From assembly GCA_035498035.1 (NCBI GenBank), contig DATKAN010000025.1, positions 17,190 through 81,189 of the forward strand: 64,000 nt of DNA, in the 5' to 3' direction. Each line of letters begins with the position of its first letter. Position 1 is the stretch's first letter. The stretch comes from Nitrospiria bacterium (lineage in GTDB: Bacteria > Nitrospirota > Nitrospiria > JACQBZ01). Positions 8,602 to 17,231 of the stretch are shown here, one piece after another. The translations under genes were made by a program, and so were the position numbers. The notes under the pieces are model-generated. The model searched no databases, had not been told where the DNA came from, and saw nothing but the letters and a program-made list of their open reading frames with translations.

Positions 8602-9606
8602 TCAATGATCGCGGGAGACGACATAATCCGCGACCACTTCCATCGCCGCTTTGTGGACGGAAGGGCCGAACGATTCCAAGATACCGGCGGACTTTTGGAT
8701 GTATCCCCGGGCCACGGAAAACGCGTACTCGATGGATCCATGACGGTGCATCAGGTCCAGGATCTCATCAAATTGTTTATCGGACGATTCGTTCACCCCG
8801 AAGGTATGAGTGACCCGATCCTTCTCTTCATCCGAACAATTCCGCAGCAGATGAATCAGGGGGAGCGTGACTTTGCCTTCCCGGAGATCCGCCCCGAGCG
8901 TCTTACCCAGCCGCTGCGTCTGGGCGATATAATCCAACGTGTCATCCGCAACCTGGAAGGCCATTCCGAGGTTTTGTCCGAATTGATACAGGGCCTCTTT
9001 CTGTTCGGGTGATCCGCCGCTCACAACCCCTCCCAGATGACAGGATACGGCGATCAGGCTGGCCGTTTTATGTTGGATGATTCGAAGGTAGTCCGACTCG
9101 GTAATCGCCAAGTCGCTGTTGTAGGCATGCTGGACCATCTCTCCCTCAATCATCTGGGAACACGCCCTTTGCAGATTGAGGTTCACTTCCTGGTTGTTCA
9201 GGCTCAGGCCGTTGGCCACGGCCGTGGCATAAAGGTAATCCCCGACCAGAATGCTCGCGTGGTTTCCCCACAGCGTTCGCACCGTTTTTTTCCCCCGCCG
9301 AAGGTTCCCTTCATCGATCACGTCGTCGTGAAGCAGCGTGGCGGTGTGAATGAATTCCACGACGGCCGCCAGCAAAATATGGTCTTCGCCCGGTGACGGA
9401 CAGAGCTTGGACGACAGGATCATCAGAAGCGGCCGGATTCGTTTGCCGCCGCTGTTGAGGATATACTGCGCCACCTGATTGATGAGCGGAACTTCCGACG
9501 AAAGGTTTTTTTGGATCTGCGCCTCCACCTTCAGCAGGTCCGGACGGTATCGCTCCCAGATGTCTTGAATGGTTGGAAAAGACGAGGTTTTCTTGGATGG
9601 AAGCAT
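8602..9606 (-). CDS. ispB: Polyprenyl-diphosphate synthase (octaprenyl/heptaprenyl, IspB-like)
   Basis: DDVIDEGNLRRG and ADDTLDY aspartate-rich motifs. True ATG at 9606. The upstream 320 aa of the 653-aa ORF have no homology and are antisense to a real plus-strand gene. Confidence 0.8.
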   Translation of the reverse strand: MLPSKKTSSFPTIQDIWERYRPDLLKVEAQIQKNLSSEVPLINQVAQYILNSGGKRIRPLLMILSSKLCPSPGEDHILLAAVVEFIHTATLLHDDVIDEGNLRRGKKTVRTLWGNHASILVGDYLYATAVANGLSLNNQEVNLNLQRACSQMIEGEMVQHAYNSDLAITESDYLRIIQHKTASLIAVSCHLGGVVSGGSPEQKEALYQFGQNLGMAFQVADDTLDYIAQTQRLGKTLGADLREGKVTLPLIHLLRNCSDEEKDRVTHTFGVNESSDKQFDEILDLMHRHGSIEYAFSVARGYIQKSAGILESFGPSVHKAAMEVVADYVVSRDH

Positions 9607-9705
9607 ACGCAGATAGTAGGCCAGGGGTAATGATTTGTCAAGACAAAACTGGCAAGCTCCGCCGCTTTCCTTGACACCCATCCGGCGGCTGCGTATGATG
9701 CGTTT

Positions 9706-10749
9706 ATGGAAAACGGGCGACAGGAAATGGCCCTGAAAGGCCGTTGTGTCACTTTCCTGGTGGGTCAGACCGGATTGAATCTGGAGGCCACGGCGATCGT
9801 CGAAAGCCGCGTGCTCAAAAGTTCTCCCAACTATCCCGACGTCATTCCGAAGCAGGCGATCATCCGCACACAAAAGGGCGAGATCCGCGACCGGGAAGCC
9901 ACTTTTGTCGTCAAGGCCTATGTCCCCGACACCGTCATCGTCGAAGCCACGTTCGAGTTTCAGGATCTCGCGGCGGAGCCGCTGTTCGAGCTCAACCGGG
10001 ACCTGCTGCTGGAGAGCCGTCGCTTCCTGAACGAGTTTCAGTGCAACCCGGAATTCGACGAAGAATACAGCGTCTACTGCATTTCGGATTATCAAGGAGA
10101 TCCCGAGATGTTCCTGGCGCTTCACGGCGAAAAGATCGCCGCGTTGCTTAAAAAGGAGCAGATCCTCCTGGACGAGGAAGAAATCAAAGCGACCCTCCGG
10201 TCGAATCTCAAATACGGCAAGGACGATCTGACGGTGGTAGACTGGGACGGGGCCTTCATTTTCGACCCTCATGGAGACTTTGATGCGAATATCGAACTGT
10301 TCGAAATCACCAACCTTCAGCTCTTGAAATCCCGCATGCTGGACGAGGAGCTGGATGGACGGCTGAAAACCACCCTCCAGTTGCTCCGCCGGCGTCCGGA
10401 ACAGTCCTGGCTCCGGTCCAAGCAGGTACGGTCCGTGCTGCGGGAGATCATCCAGACCCGGACCACCTCCATCCTGGAATCCCAGGCGATCGAACACAGC
10501 ATCAAATTGATCGGGGACTGGTACACGGCCCGGCTGTATGCCCTCATCTCGAAAAAATTCCACCTCGAGGAGTGGCGGAAGAATATCAACGAGAAACTGG
10601 ACATCCTCGAAGACGTCTACACCATGGCCGCCGAAAACTTCTCCATTTCATTCAACACCACGCTGGAGTTCATCCTGATCGGCGGCTGGTTCATCCTCCA
10701 AATCGGCTGGTTTGCGCTGCTCTTCATCGAATTCTATCTCGCAAGATAA
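9706..10749 (+). CDS. Hypothetical protein with C-terminal transmembrane anchor
   Basis: Balanced composition. C-terminal hydrophobic helix (LEFILIGGWFILQIGWFALLFIEFYL). No family recognised. Confidence 0.45.
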   Translation: MENGRQEMALKGRCVTFLVGQTGLNLEATAIVESRVLKSSPNYPDVIPKQAIIRTQKGEIRDREATFVVKAYVPDTVIVEATFEFQDLAAEPLFELNRDLLLESRRFLNEFQCNPEFDEEYSVYCISDYQGDPEMFLALHGEKIAALLKKEQILLDEEEIKATLRSNLKYGKDDLTVVDWDGAFIFDPHGDFDANIELFEITNLQLLKSRMLDEELDGRLKTTLQLLRRRPEQSWLRSKQVRSVLREIIQTRTTSILESQAIEHSIKLIGDWYTARLYALISKKFHLEEWRKNINEKLDILEDVYTMAAENFSISFNTTLEFILIGGWFILQIGWFALLFIEFYLAR

Positions 10750-10782
10750 TCCGCCCGGCCTTTTTTCGATTCACAAATCTGC

Positions 10783-10831
10783 TTGACAAACGGGCCGCCG
10801 CTCCTGTATTTTGAGAATCAGAATCAATTTC
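10783..10831 (+). promoter_or_regulatory. Putative sigma70 promoter (TTGACA-18-TATTTT) with overlapping Fur-box-like site upstream of fur
   Basis: TTGACA at 10783-10788, TATTTT at 10807-10812. GAGAATCAGAATCAATTTC (10813-10831) matches the GATAATGATAATCATTATC Fur box at about 13/19 positions. Confidence 0.35.
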
Positions 10832-10853
10832 AACGAACACCCGGGGGTGTGAA

Positions 10854-11330
10854 ATGACCAAGGCACTGCCCTTGAACAAAGAAGTCGCTCGATTAAAAGA
10901 CTACCTGGCCGAGAAGCAACTCAAACTGACTCAACAGCGGGAAACGATCCTGGAAGCCTTTCTCAAGGTGGATCATATCACGGCCGAAGAACTGCATCGT
11001 CAGATCTCCCGGAAGGGACGCCAACGAATGGGCCTGGCCACCATCTACCGGACCTTGAACCTTTTGTGCGAAGTCGGCATCGGACAGCAACGGCACTTTG
11101 ACGATACCCGGACGATTTACGACAATGTGATCAACAAAAAGCACCACGATCACCTGATCTGTGATAAATGCGACAAGATTATCGAGTTTGAATCTCCCGC
11201 CATCGAACGGCTTCAGGAAAAAATGGCCGCCCGGCACGGCTTCACACTCAGCCATCACCGGCTGGAGCTCTTCGGACATTGCATCGATTGGGAAAAGTGT
11301 CGGGATTGGCAGAAGGCGGCCCCCCGTTGA
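10854..11330 (+). CDS. fur: Fur-family metalloregulator
   Basis: Fur DNA-binding helix and HHDHLIC...C..C metal-site motifs. Confidence 0.8.
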   Translation: MTKALPLNKEVARLKDYLAEKQLKLTQQRETILEAFLKVDHITAEELHRQISRKGRQRMGLATIYRTLNLLCEVGIGQQRHFDDTRTIYDNVINKKHHDHLICDKCDKIIEFESPAIERLQEKMAARHGFTLSHHRLELFGHCIDWEKCRDWQKAAPR

Positions 11331-11398
11331 TCATCCCCCAAAAACCCACTGACATGAAACGACGAACCGTTTTTCCCGATACGAACCGGCGAACAAGG

Positions 11399-11737
11399 AT
11401 GAAGAGGGGCGCGGCCTTGCATTTTGGTCTCCTACTCGGGCTCGGGCTATGGCTCCTCGGCACGGCGGACGCGGAGGATGGGATCCGCATTCTCATCAAG
11501 GATCATCGCTTCTCCCCCTCCGAGGTCAGGGTGAAGGCCAATACGAAGGTGAAATTACTCGTGAGCAATGAGGATGAAACCGCCGAGGAATTCGAAAGCT
11601 TCAGTCTCAACCGGGAAAGGGTCGTGCGCGGCGGCCAATCCATCACGATCTTCCTTCCCCCGCTTAAACCGGGCAGCTATGACTTCTTCGGGGACTTCCA
11701 TCCGGACACGGCCCAGGGAAAGGTCATTGCCGAGTAG
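11399..11737 (+). CDS. Secreted cupredoxin-like domain protein (Cupredoxin_1/EfeO-N/FtrB-like, no type-1 Cu ligands)
   Basis: Signal peptide MKRGAALHFGLLLGLGLWLLGTADA. Cupredoxin_1-type strand pattern (IKDHRFSPSEVRVKANTKVKLLVSNED). Immediately upstream of the FTR1 permease. Confidence 0.55.
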   Translation: MKRGAALHFGLLLGLGLWLLGTADAEDGIRILIKDHRFSPSEVRVKANTKVKLLVSNEDETAEEFESFSLNRERVVRGGQSITIFLPPLKPGSYDFFGDFHPDTAQGKVIAE

Positions 11738-11808
11738 AGGCCCGCGTGCAGAGTCTCAGGAAATCTTCCCAGCGAGACCCTATAAATAATAGATAGGAAA
11801 CCCTCGGA

Positions 11809-12630
11809 ATGCTTGGAACGTTTATCATTACATGGAGAGAAACCATCGAGGCCGCCCTGATCGTGGGTATTTTGTTAACCTACCTGAACAAGATCGGCCA
11901 GTCCAAACAGTTTCGCTTTGTGTATTGGGGCGCGCTCTGGGCGGTTTTGGCCAGCCTGATCTTCGCGGGAATGTCCGATTACCTGTCCGTGTTCTTCAAG
12001 GACATCGGCGAGGATATATTTGAAGCGGCCATCCTGTTCCTCGCGACCGGCGTTTTGACTCACATGGTGATCTGGATGCATCACAACGCCCGGGAGATCA
12101 AAGGGGCGCTTCAACACGAGGCGGAACTGGCGATTTCCAAGAACCGGCTGTGGGCCCTGGCCACGTTGGCTTTTGTGGGTGTGTTTCGTGAAGGCATGGA
12201 GACGGTCCTTTTTCTCTGGGGTTTCTTCTTGCAAGGAGGAGGGATAACTTCGGTCGCCCCTCCGGTGATGGGCGGACTTCTGGGGGTCGGGCTCGGCGTC
12301 CTGATGACCTGGCTCTTTTTCAAGGGCTTCGGCCACCTCGACCTGAGACCGTTTTTCCGGGTGAGCGGGTTCATCCTCCTTTTTATGGCGGCCGGCATGC
12401 TCTCCTCGGGAATCGGAAAGCTGGTCTCGGTGGGACTGGTTCCTCCGTTGATGGAACCGATCTGGAACACTTCCTGGTTTTTGAGCGAGCGTTCGCTTTT
12501 GGGGTCTCTGGTCGCGGGTATTTTTGGGTATCGTTCCAGCCCTTCGCTGATCCAGGCCCTCTTCTATCTCTTTTACTTTCCCATCACCCTGATTTGGCTC
12601 CGGCGGCAACGCCACGATCTGGCACAGTAA
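11809..12630 (+). CDS. FTR1/EfeU-family high-affinity iron permease
   Basis: Two REXXE motifs (RETIE, REGME) in TM helices; about 7 TM segments. Confidence 0.8.
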   Translation: MLGTFIITWRETIEAALIVGILLTYLNKIGQSKQFRFVYWGALWAVLASLIFAGMSDYLSVFFKDIGEDIFEAAILFLATGVLTHMVIWMHHNAREIKGALQHEAELAISKNRLWALATLAFVGVFREGMETVLFLWGFFLQGGGITSVAPPVMGGLLGVGLGVLMTWLFFKGFGHLDLRPFFRVSGFILLFMAAGMLSSGIGKLVSVGLVPPLMEPIWNTSWFLSERSLLGSLVAGIFGYRSSPSLIQALFYLFYFPITLIWLRRQRHDLAQ

Positions 12631-12638
12631 GGATGGAC

Positions 12639-12833
12639 ATGGAAACCAACGGGAAACACAAAGCGGCCTCGGATCAACCGAACTCACATGAAGTTCGGTG
12701 CGAATGCGGCAGTCTGGTCGCAAAGCTGGTGGGCTCCGCGATCGAACTTAAATGCAGGCGCTGTAAACGACTGGCGCTGATCCCGCTGTCTAATTTCAAT
12801 GGAGGATCGAAAACAGTAACGGTTCGACTGTAA
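12639..12833 (+). CDS. Com-like zinc-finger small protein (Mu Com family)
   Basis: VRCECGSLVAKLVGSAIELKCRRCKRLALIP parallels the Mu Com RCxxC...IEIRCPRCKR zinc finger. SD AAGGA 6 nt upstream. Confidence 0.5.
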   Translation: METNGKHKAASDQPNSHEVRCECGSLVAKLVGSAIELKCRRCKRLALIPLSNFNGGSKTVTVRL

Positions 12834-12865
12834 TCCCCGGAAGCGGCCAGCGGTTTCAACCCAGA

Positions 12866-12911
12866 GCCCACGTCCATGTCACGCCGAAGGACGCGGGCTT
12901 TTTTATTTTGG
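12866..12911 (+). terminator. Rho-independent terminator candidate after the Com-like gene
   Basis: Stem CCCACGTCC/GGACGCGGG (one mismatch) followed by CTTTTTTTATTTT. Confidence 0.45.
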
Positions 12912-13023
12912 ATTGACACCGTTTATTTAAGCGTAAACGATCAAGAACCACCTACGGCCCGAGGTCAATCGAGAACCCAGAGCCCCAACCACCCCGAAGA
13001 CGGGGCTCATAAGGAGGTTTTCG

Positions 13024-14202
13024 ATGAAACAACGATTGATTCTTCTTTCGATGGTGGTTTGTCTGGGTGTGGGTCTCGGCCGGGATGAAATGGCCGCGGC
13101 CGAATCCGAAGAAGGCACAAAGATCAGTTTTTACGGCTACGGCGAAATGCACTACAACAGCCCGTTTGTGAATTCAGACCGCGGAGGGTTTCCATCGACG
13201 GATGACCGGACAACCATGGACTTCCATCGGTTGGTTCTCGGCTGGGGCGTGCCGTTCAACGACCGGATCCGATTTCAGGGTGAGGTGGAATGGGAACACG
13301 CCGGGCAGGAAATAGAACTGGAGTTCGGCTACCTGGAGTTCGACCTGACCCCCGGACTCCAGGCTCGAGTGGGCAGCCTACTCATGCCGGTCGGGGATCT
13401 CAACGAGTTTCATGAACCCACGCAGTTCTACAGTGTCGAGCGTCCGTATGTTCAGCGTTTCCTGATTCCAACCACTTGGCAGGAAGGCGGCGCGGGGCTG
13501 GTCGGCAGCCTGTCCTCTGGACTCAACGCGCGGGTTTACTATGTGACGGGGTTGGACGCGAGTCAATTCAGTGCCAATAACGGACTCGGCGAGATCGTCC
13601 CGTTGTCCGAGGATCTAAAAGGGGCGGATCAGATGGCGGTCGTGGGCCGGATCGAATATGTCGGGCTGCCCGGGATTCAAGTGGGAGGTTCTTACTATAC
13701 CGGAGGGGCAAGCCAGCGAACCGAGAACTCCTGCATCGCGCCGTGCTCCTCGGTCGTGCCGAAAGGCGTCGCCGTGTCCCTTTGGGATCTGGACCTTCAT
13801 GCCCGCCGTGGGCCTTTCGAGGCGCGCGGAACCTACATCATGACCCATGTCAGCGGAACCGAGGACCTTTCGACCGCGCTGGATCAAACCATTGGAGAGG
13901 AGATGACCGGCGGAATGGCCGAGATCGCCCTTCACACCTTGCCCCTCCTCCTTCCGGGCACCGAACAGGACCTCGTCTTATTCGGTCGGATCGAGCATTT
14001 TAACACCCAGGCCAAGGTTGCGGGCGGGGCCGCGGCCGCGACCGGCCCGGCCGATGAGGCCAACGACCGCCGGGTGATCACCTACGGCATCACCTACTTT
14101 CCCCACCGAGATGTCGCGCTGAAGATCGACCAGGAGCGCTGGCGCGATGGGGCCGATCAAACCGGGCATCGCACAAACCTAGGGATGGCGTTCATGTTCT
14201 AA
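13024..14202 (+). CDS. Outer-membrane beta-barrel porin (OprO/P-like pattern)
   Basis: Signal peptide, alternating beta-strand composition, C-terminal Phe (...MAFMF). AAGGAGG SD. Confidence 0.6.
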   Translation: MKQRLILLSMVVCLGVGLGRDEMAAAESEEGTKISFYGYGEMHYNSPFVNSDRGGFPSTDDRTTMDFHRLVLGWGVPFNDRIRFQGEVEWEHAGQEIELEFGYLEFDLTPGLQARVGSLLMPVGDLNEFHEPTQFYSVERPYVQRFLIPTTWQEGGAGLVGSLSSGLNARVYYVTGLDASQFSANNGLGEIVPLSEDLKGADQMAVVGRIEYVGLPGIQVGGSYYTGGASQRTENSCIAPCSSVVPKGVAVSLWDLDLHARRGPFEARGTYIMTHVSGTEDLSTALDQTIGEEMTGGMAEIALHTLPLLLPGTEQDLVLFGRIEHFNTQAKVAGGAAAATGPADEANDRRVITYGITYFPHRDVALKIDQERWRDGADQTGHRTNLGMAFMF

Positions 14203-14204
14203 CG

Positions 14205-15716
14205 ATGCTGCAATTGAAACGGATTCATATGGGAACCCCTTGGGAGATCAGGGCCCATGGAACTCCCCCCGATGAGCGTCGGGCGGTCGAGGCGGCCGAT
14301 CAGGAGATCGAGAGGGTTGAATCGCTCCTGTCCCGCTTCCGACCCGGCAGCGAAATCTCCCGGATCAACCGCTGCAACGGCCCGTGCAGAATAAGGATCA
14401 ATCCCGAGGTCGGCCGGGTCATCGCCGAGGCGTTGCGGTATGCCGTCTTGACGGAAGGGGCCTTCGATCCGACGGCCGGAGCGCTGAGCCGGCTGTGGGG
14501 ATTCGGACCGGAAGGGCCGCGTACGGTTCCGCCCGACGAGGAACGGATTCAGGCGACGATCGAGCGTCTCGGTTATCGGCAGGTCTGTATCGACGAAGTC
14601 CGTTTTGAATTGACTCTCCGTCGACCCGGGATGGAAATCGACCTGGGCGGGATGGGAAAAGGTTATGCGGTGGACCGGGCCGTCGCCGTCCTGAAAGAAA
14701 ACGGGATCAACCGTGCATGGGTCAGCTGCGGGAGCACGGCCTTTGCCTTGGGCCCTTCAAAACATCACGATGCCTGGAGGGTCGGAATCCGGGATCCGAG
14801 CGGTTCCGGCAGGATCATCCAGACCGTTCAAATACGTGATCGGGCCATTGCAACCTCCGGGGCCTATGAACAGTTCTTCAACTACGAAGGAAGACGGTAC
14901 GGCCACATCTGCGATCCGCGCACAGGCTACCCTGCAGCCGGATCGGCCGGCGTCACCGTGATCGCGCCCACGGCGACCGAGGCCGACGCGTTATCAACGG
15001 CCGCTTTTGTCTTGGGAGCCCGATCCGGAAGGGCCCTGCTGGATTTGCAGGAGGAAGTAGAAGCCTGCTTCTTTGAAGTCCGGGCCGGGAGCTTTTCGAT
15101 TAAGACCACCCGGAATTGGAAACGGGTTTGCTCGGGAGGATTGAACCGGCGACGGTTTCTCGTCGGCTTGATGGCCGCGGCGGGACTTCTGGTTCTGAAA
15201 CCGCCCGCCGTGTCCGGAACGGTCTACCTGACGGACGAAGAAGCCCTTCGCCTGATGATGCCGGAAGGCCGGGAGTTTAAGAAGGAAACGGTGACCCTCA
15301 CCGATCCACAGGCGGCCGAAATCAGCCAGCGGCTGGAAAAACGGATCGAGGAGAATGTTTACACGTTCTATCGAGGGACCGGTTCGGATTCCGCGGTGAC
15401 GATCGGGTACGCGGTCGTCCTCAACGTCATCGGAAAGGAGAGGCCGATCACCTTCATGGTCGGGGTCGATCCTCAAGGCCGGCTCATCGGGATCGAGGTC
15501 CTGACCTACCGTGAATCGCGCGGCTCGGAGATCCGGTCCAAACGTTTCATCAATCAATTTATCGGAAAGACCCTGGACGCGCCTTTGAAGCTGGGCCGGG
15601 ACATTGACGGCATCAGCGGCGCGACTCTTTCCTCCCGCTCCACGGCCTACGCGGTGAAAAAAGCCCTGGCCCTCGCTCACGTTGTTTATGGCATCCACGC
15701 GGAGAGTTCCCCATGA
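14205..15716 (+). CDS. ApbE-family FAD:protein FMN transferase fused via a Tat-like internal anchor to a C-terminal FMN-binding domain
   Basis: ApbE motifs GGMGKGYAVD and HICDPRTG. Then NRRRFLVGLMAAAGLLVL. Then an FMN_bind domain with the flavinylation motif DGISGATLSS. Single continuous ORF. Confidence 0.75.
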   Translation: MLQLKRIHMGTPWEIRAHGTPPDERRAVEAADQEIERVESLLSRFRPGSEISRINRCNGPCRIRINPEVGRVIAEALRYAVLTEGAFDPTAGALSRLWGFGPEGPRTVPPDEERIQATIERLGYRQVCIDEVRFELTLRRPGMEIDLGGMGKGYAVDRAVAVLKENGINRAWVSCGSTAFALGPSKHHDAWRVGIRDPSGSGRIIQTVQIRDRAIATSGAYEQFFNYEGRRYGHICDPRTGYPAAGSAGVTVIAPTATEADALSTAAFVLGARSGRALLDLQEEVEACFFEVRAGSFSIKTTRNWKRVCSGGLNRRRFLVGLMAAAGLLVLKPPAVSGTVYLTDEEALRLMMPEGREFKKETVTLTDPQAAEISQRLEKRIEENVYTFYRGTGSDSAVTIGYAVVLNVIGKERPITFMVGVDPQGRLIGIEVLTYRESRGSEIRSKRFINQFIGKTLDAPLKLGRDIDGISGATLSSRSTAYAVKKALALAHVVYGIHAESSP

Positions 15717-16210
15717 AGGATTTCAGCAAAAAGGGATTCCGGATCGCGAACAGTTCTCCGGAGATCAAAATCATCTATACCGGATTTCTGATCTTCGCGT
15801 TCATCGGCTATTTTACGATTGCGTTGCTTGGATGTCTCCGGGTCGGGCCGAATTACAACGCCATCGTGTCCCATTACCGGGGCTCCGACCTCGATGAAGA
15901 GGCCTTCGGCCAGCCCATCGGCCAGATGTTGGAAGACGCCCATTCTCACGCCTTTATCGAGGGACTGATCCTGCTGGTCCTGACGCATCTGTTCATCGGC
16001 GCCGCCGTCCCGAAACGATGGAAGTTCGCCGTGGTCCTGCTGGCCTTCGGCAGCACGCTGGCCGATCTGGCCAGCCCCTGGCTGATCAAATATGTCGCCC
16101 CCGGTTTTGCCCATCTTCAGATGGCCAGCTGGGCCGGCATGGAAACGAGCGCGCTGCTTCTGATCGGGTGGCCGCTGTATGAAATGTGGTTCAAAGGAGA
16201 AGGAGAATGA
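15713..16210 (+). CDS. 4-TM integral membrane protein, His-rich (uncharacterised)
   Basis: Four hydrophobic helices with several conserved-looking His (SHAFIEG, THLFIG, FAHLQ). ATGA overlaps on both sides (operonic). Confidence 0.5.
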   Translation: MKDFSKKGFRIANSSPEIKIIYTGFLIFAFIGYFTIALLGCLRVGPNYNAIVSHYRGSDLDEEAFGQPIGQMLEDAHSHAFIEGLILLVLTHLFIGAAVPKRWKFAVVLLAFGSTLADLASPWLIKYVAPGFAHLQMASWAGMETSALLLIGWPLYEMWFKGEGE

Positions 16211-16632
16211 AGCGAATCGGATGGATCTGGGTCGCGGGACTGATTCTGATCGGGGCCGGGCCGGCATGGCCGGACGCGAAAAAATCCGACGGAGACCTCC
16301 GGCGAATCACGGTCCGGCTTCAGGAATATCATTTCGAACCGGCCGAGATCCGGCTGAAGGTCGGCGAGGAGGTTGAGCTCACCCTGATCAATGACGGAAC
16401 GGTCATGCACGAGTTTATTACCGAGGCGCTGCAGACGCTGACCGTGGATGTGGAAAACAACGGGATTATCACCGGCACGCTCGGCGTGACCGAGCTTGAG
16501 ATTCCTCCCAAGGCCCGCGCCGTGCTTCGTTTTACCCCGGAGAAACCGGGAGAGTTTTCTATCGCCTGCCATGCCAAAGCACCGAAGGATCACTATCAAG
16601 AAGGAATGAGAGGGCGTCTTCAGATCCGGTGA
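16207..16632 (+). CDS. Periplasmic type-1 copper cupredoxin (Cupredoxin_1 family)
   Basis: Signal/anchor MKRIGWIWVAGLILIGAGPAWP. Ligand set H (VMHEF), C-H (IACHAK), M (EGM). Confidence 0.65.
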   Translation: MKRIGWIWVAGLILIGAGPAWPDAKKSDGDLRRITVRLQEYHFEPAEIRLKVGEEVELTLINDGTVMHEFITEALQTLTVDVENNGIITGTLGVTELEIPPKARAVLRFTPEKPGEFSIACHAKAPKDHYQEGMRGRLQIR

Positions 16633-16723
16633 GCTTCGATCCAGTCTTGGAGAATTTTTGCGAAGATTGACAAACGGACTGAAGTTTGCCAATGTAGCGC
16701 GAATCTGTTCATTGGGACCCCGG

Positions 16724-17137
16724 ATGAAATCGTTCTTGAAAAAATTGGCGGCCGTTGTGCTCGCATTGGGGTGGGCACTGCTCGGATCAGGTTTGGCCCA
16801 GCAACCCTGGCAAACGGTCGAGATTAAGGCGGAAGAGTACAGCTTTACTCCCCGTCGGATTGAGGCCAAGGCGAATCGACCCCTCGAACTGGTGATCGAG
16901 AACGAAGGCCACGAACCTCATCAGTTCCGGTCCGAGCTTCTCAAGGATCAGATGGTCGAGGTCGAAATCGGTCAAAACACGGTCCGGGGCCGCAATATCG
17001 AGGTGGTCGACGTCGCCCCCGGCAAGACGGCCCGGATCAAACTCCTTTCCCCGCCCGCGGGAGAGTTTGACTTCCAGTGCCGCATTCCCAGTCATCATGG
17101 AATGGACGGGATGATCCTGATCGAGGCTGATCCATAA
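16724..17137 (+). CDS. Periplasmic type-1 copper cupredoxin (Cupredoxin_1 family), paralog
   Basis: Signal peptide MKSFLKKLAAVVLALGWALLGSGLA. Ligands H (GHEPHQF), C (FQCRIP), HH, M (GMDGM). Confidence 0.65.
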   Translation: MKSFLKKLAAVVLALGWALLGSGLAQQPWQTVEIKAEEYSFTPRRIEAKANRPLELVIENEGHEPHQFRSELLKDQMVEVEIGQNTVRGRNIEVVDVAPGKTARIKLLSPPAGEFDFQCRIPSHHGMDGMILIEADP

Positions 17138-17231
17138 ATAAACCAGCTCGCAAAGCGTGCGGGATGGGGAGGCTCCATCCGGCTTTGCCGATGGAGGGGG
17201 CGACGCGAGCCCCTATGAAAGGAGAGACCGG

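Noticed and set aside
9607-10563. N-terminal 320 aa of the 653-aa minus-strand ORF ending in the IspB-like domain
   Set aside because: No homology, odd composition, and fully antisense to a well-formed plus-strand gene (9706-10749). The true ispB start is the internal ATG at 9606.
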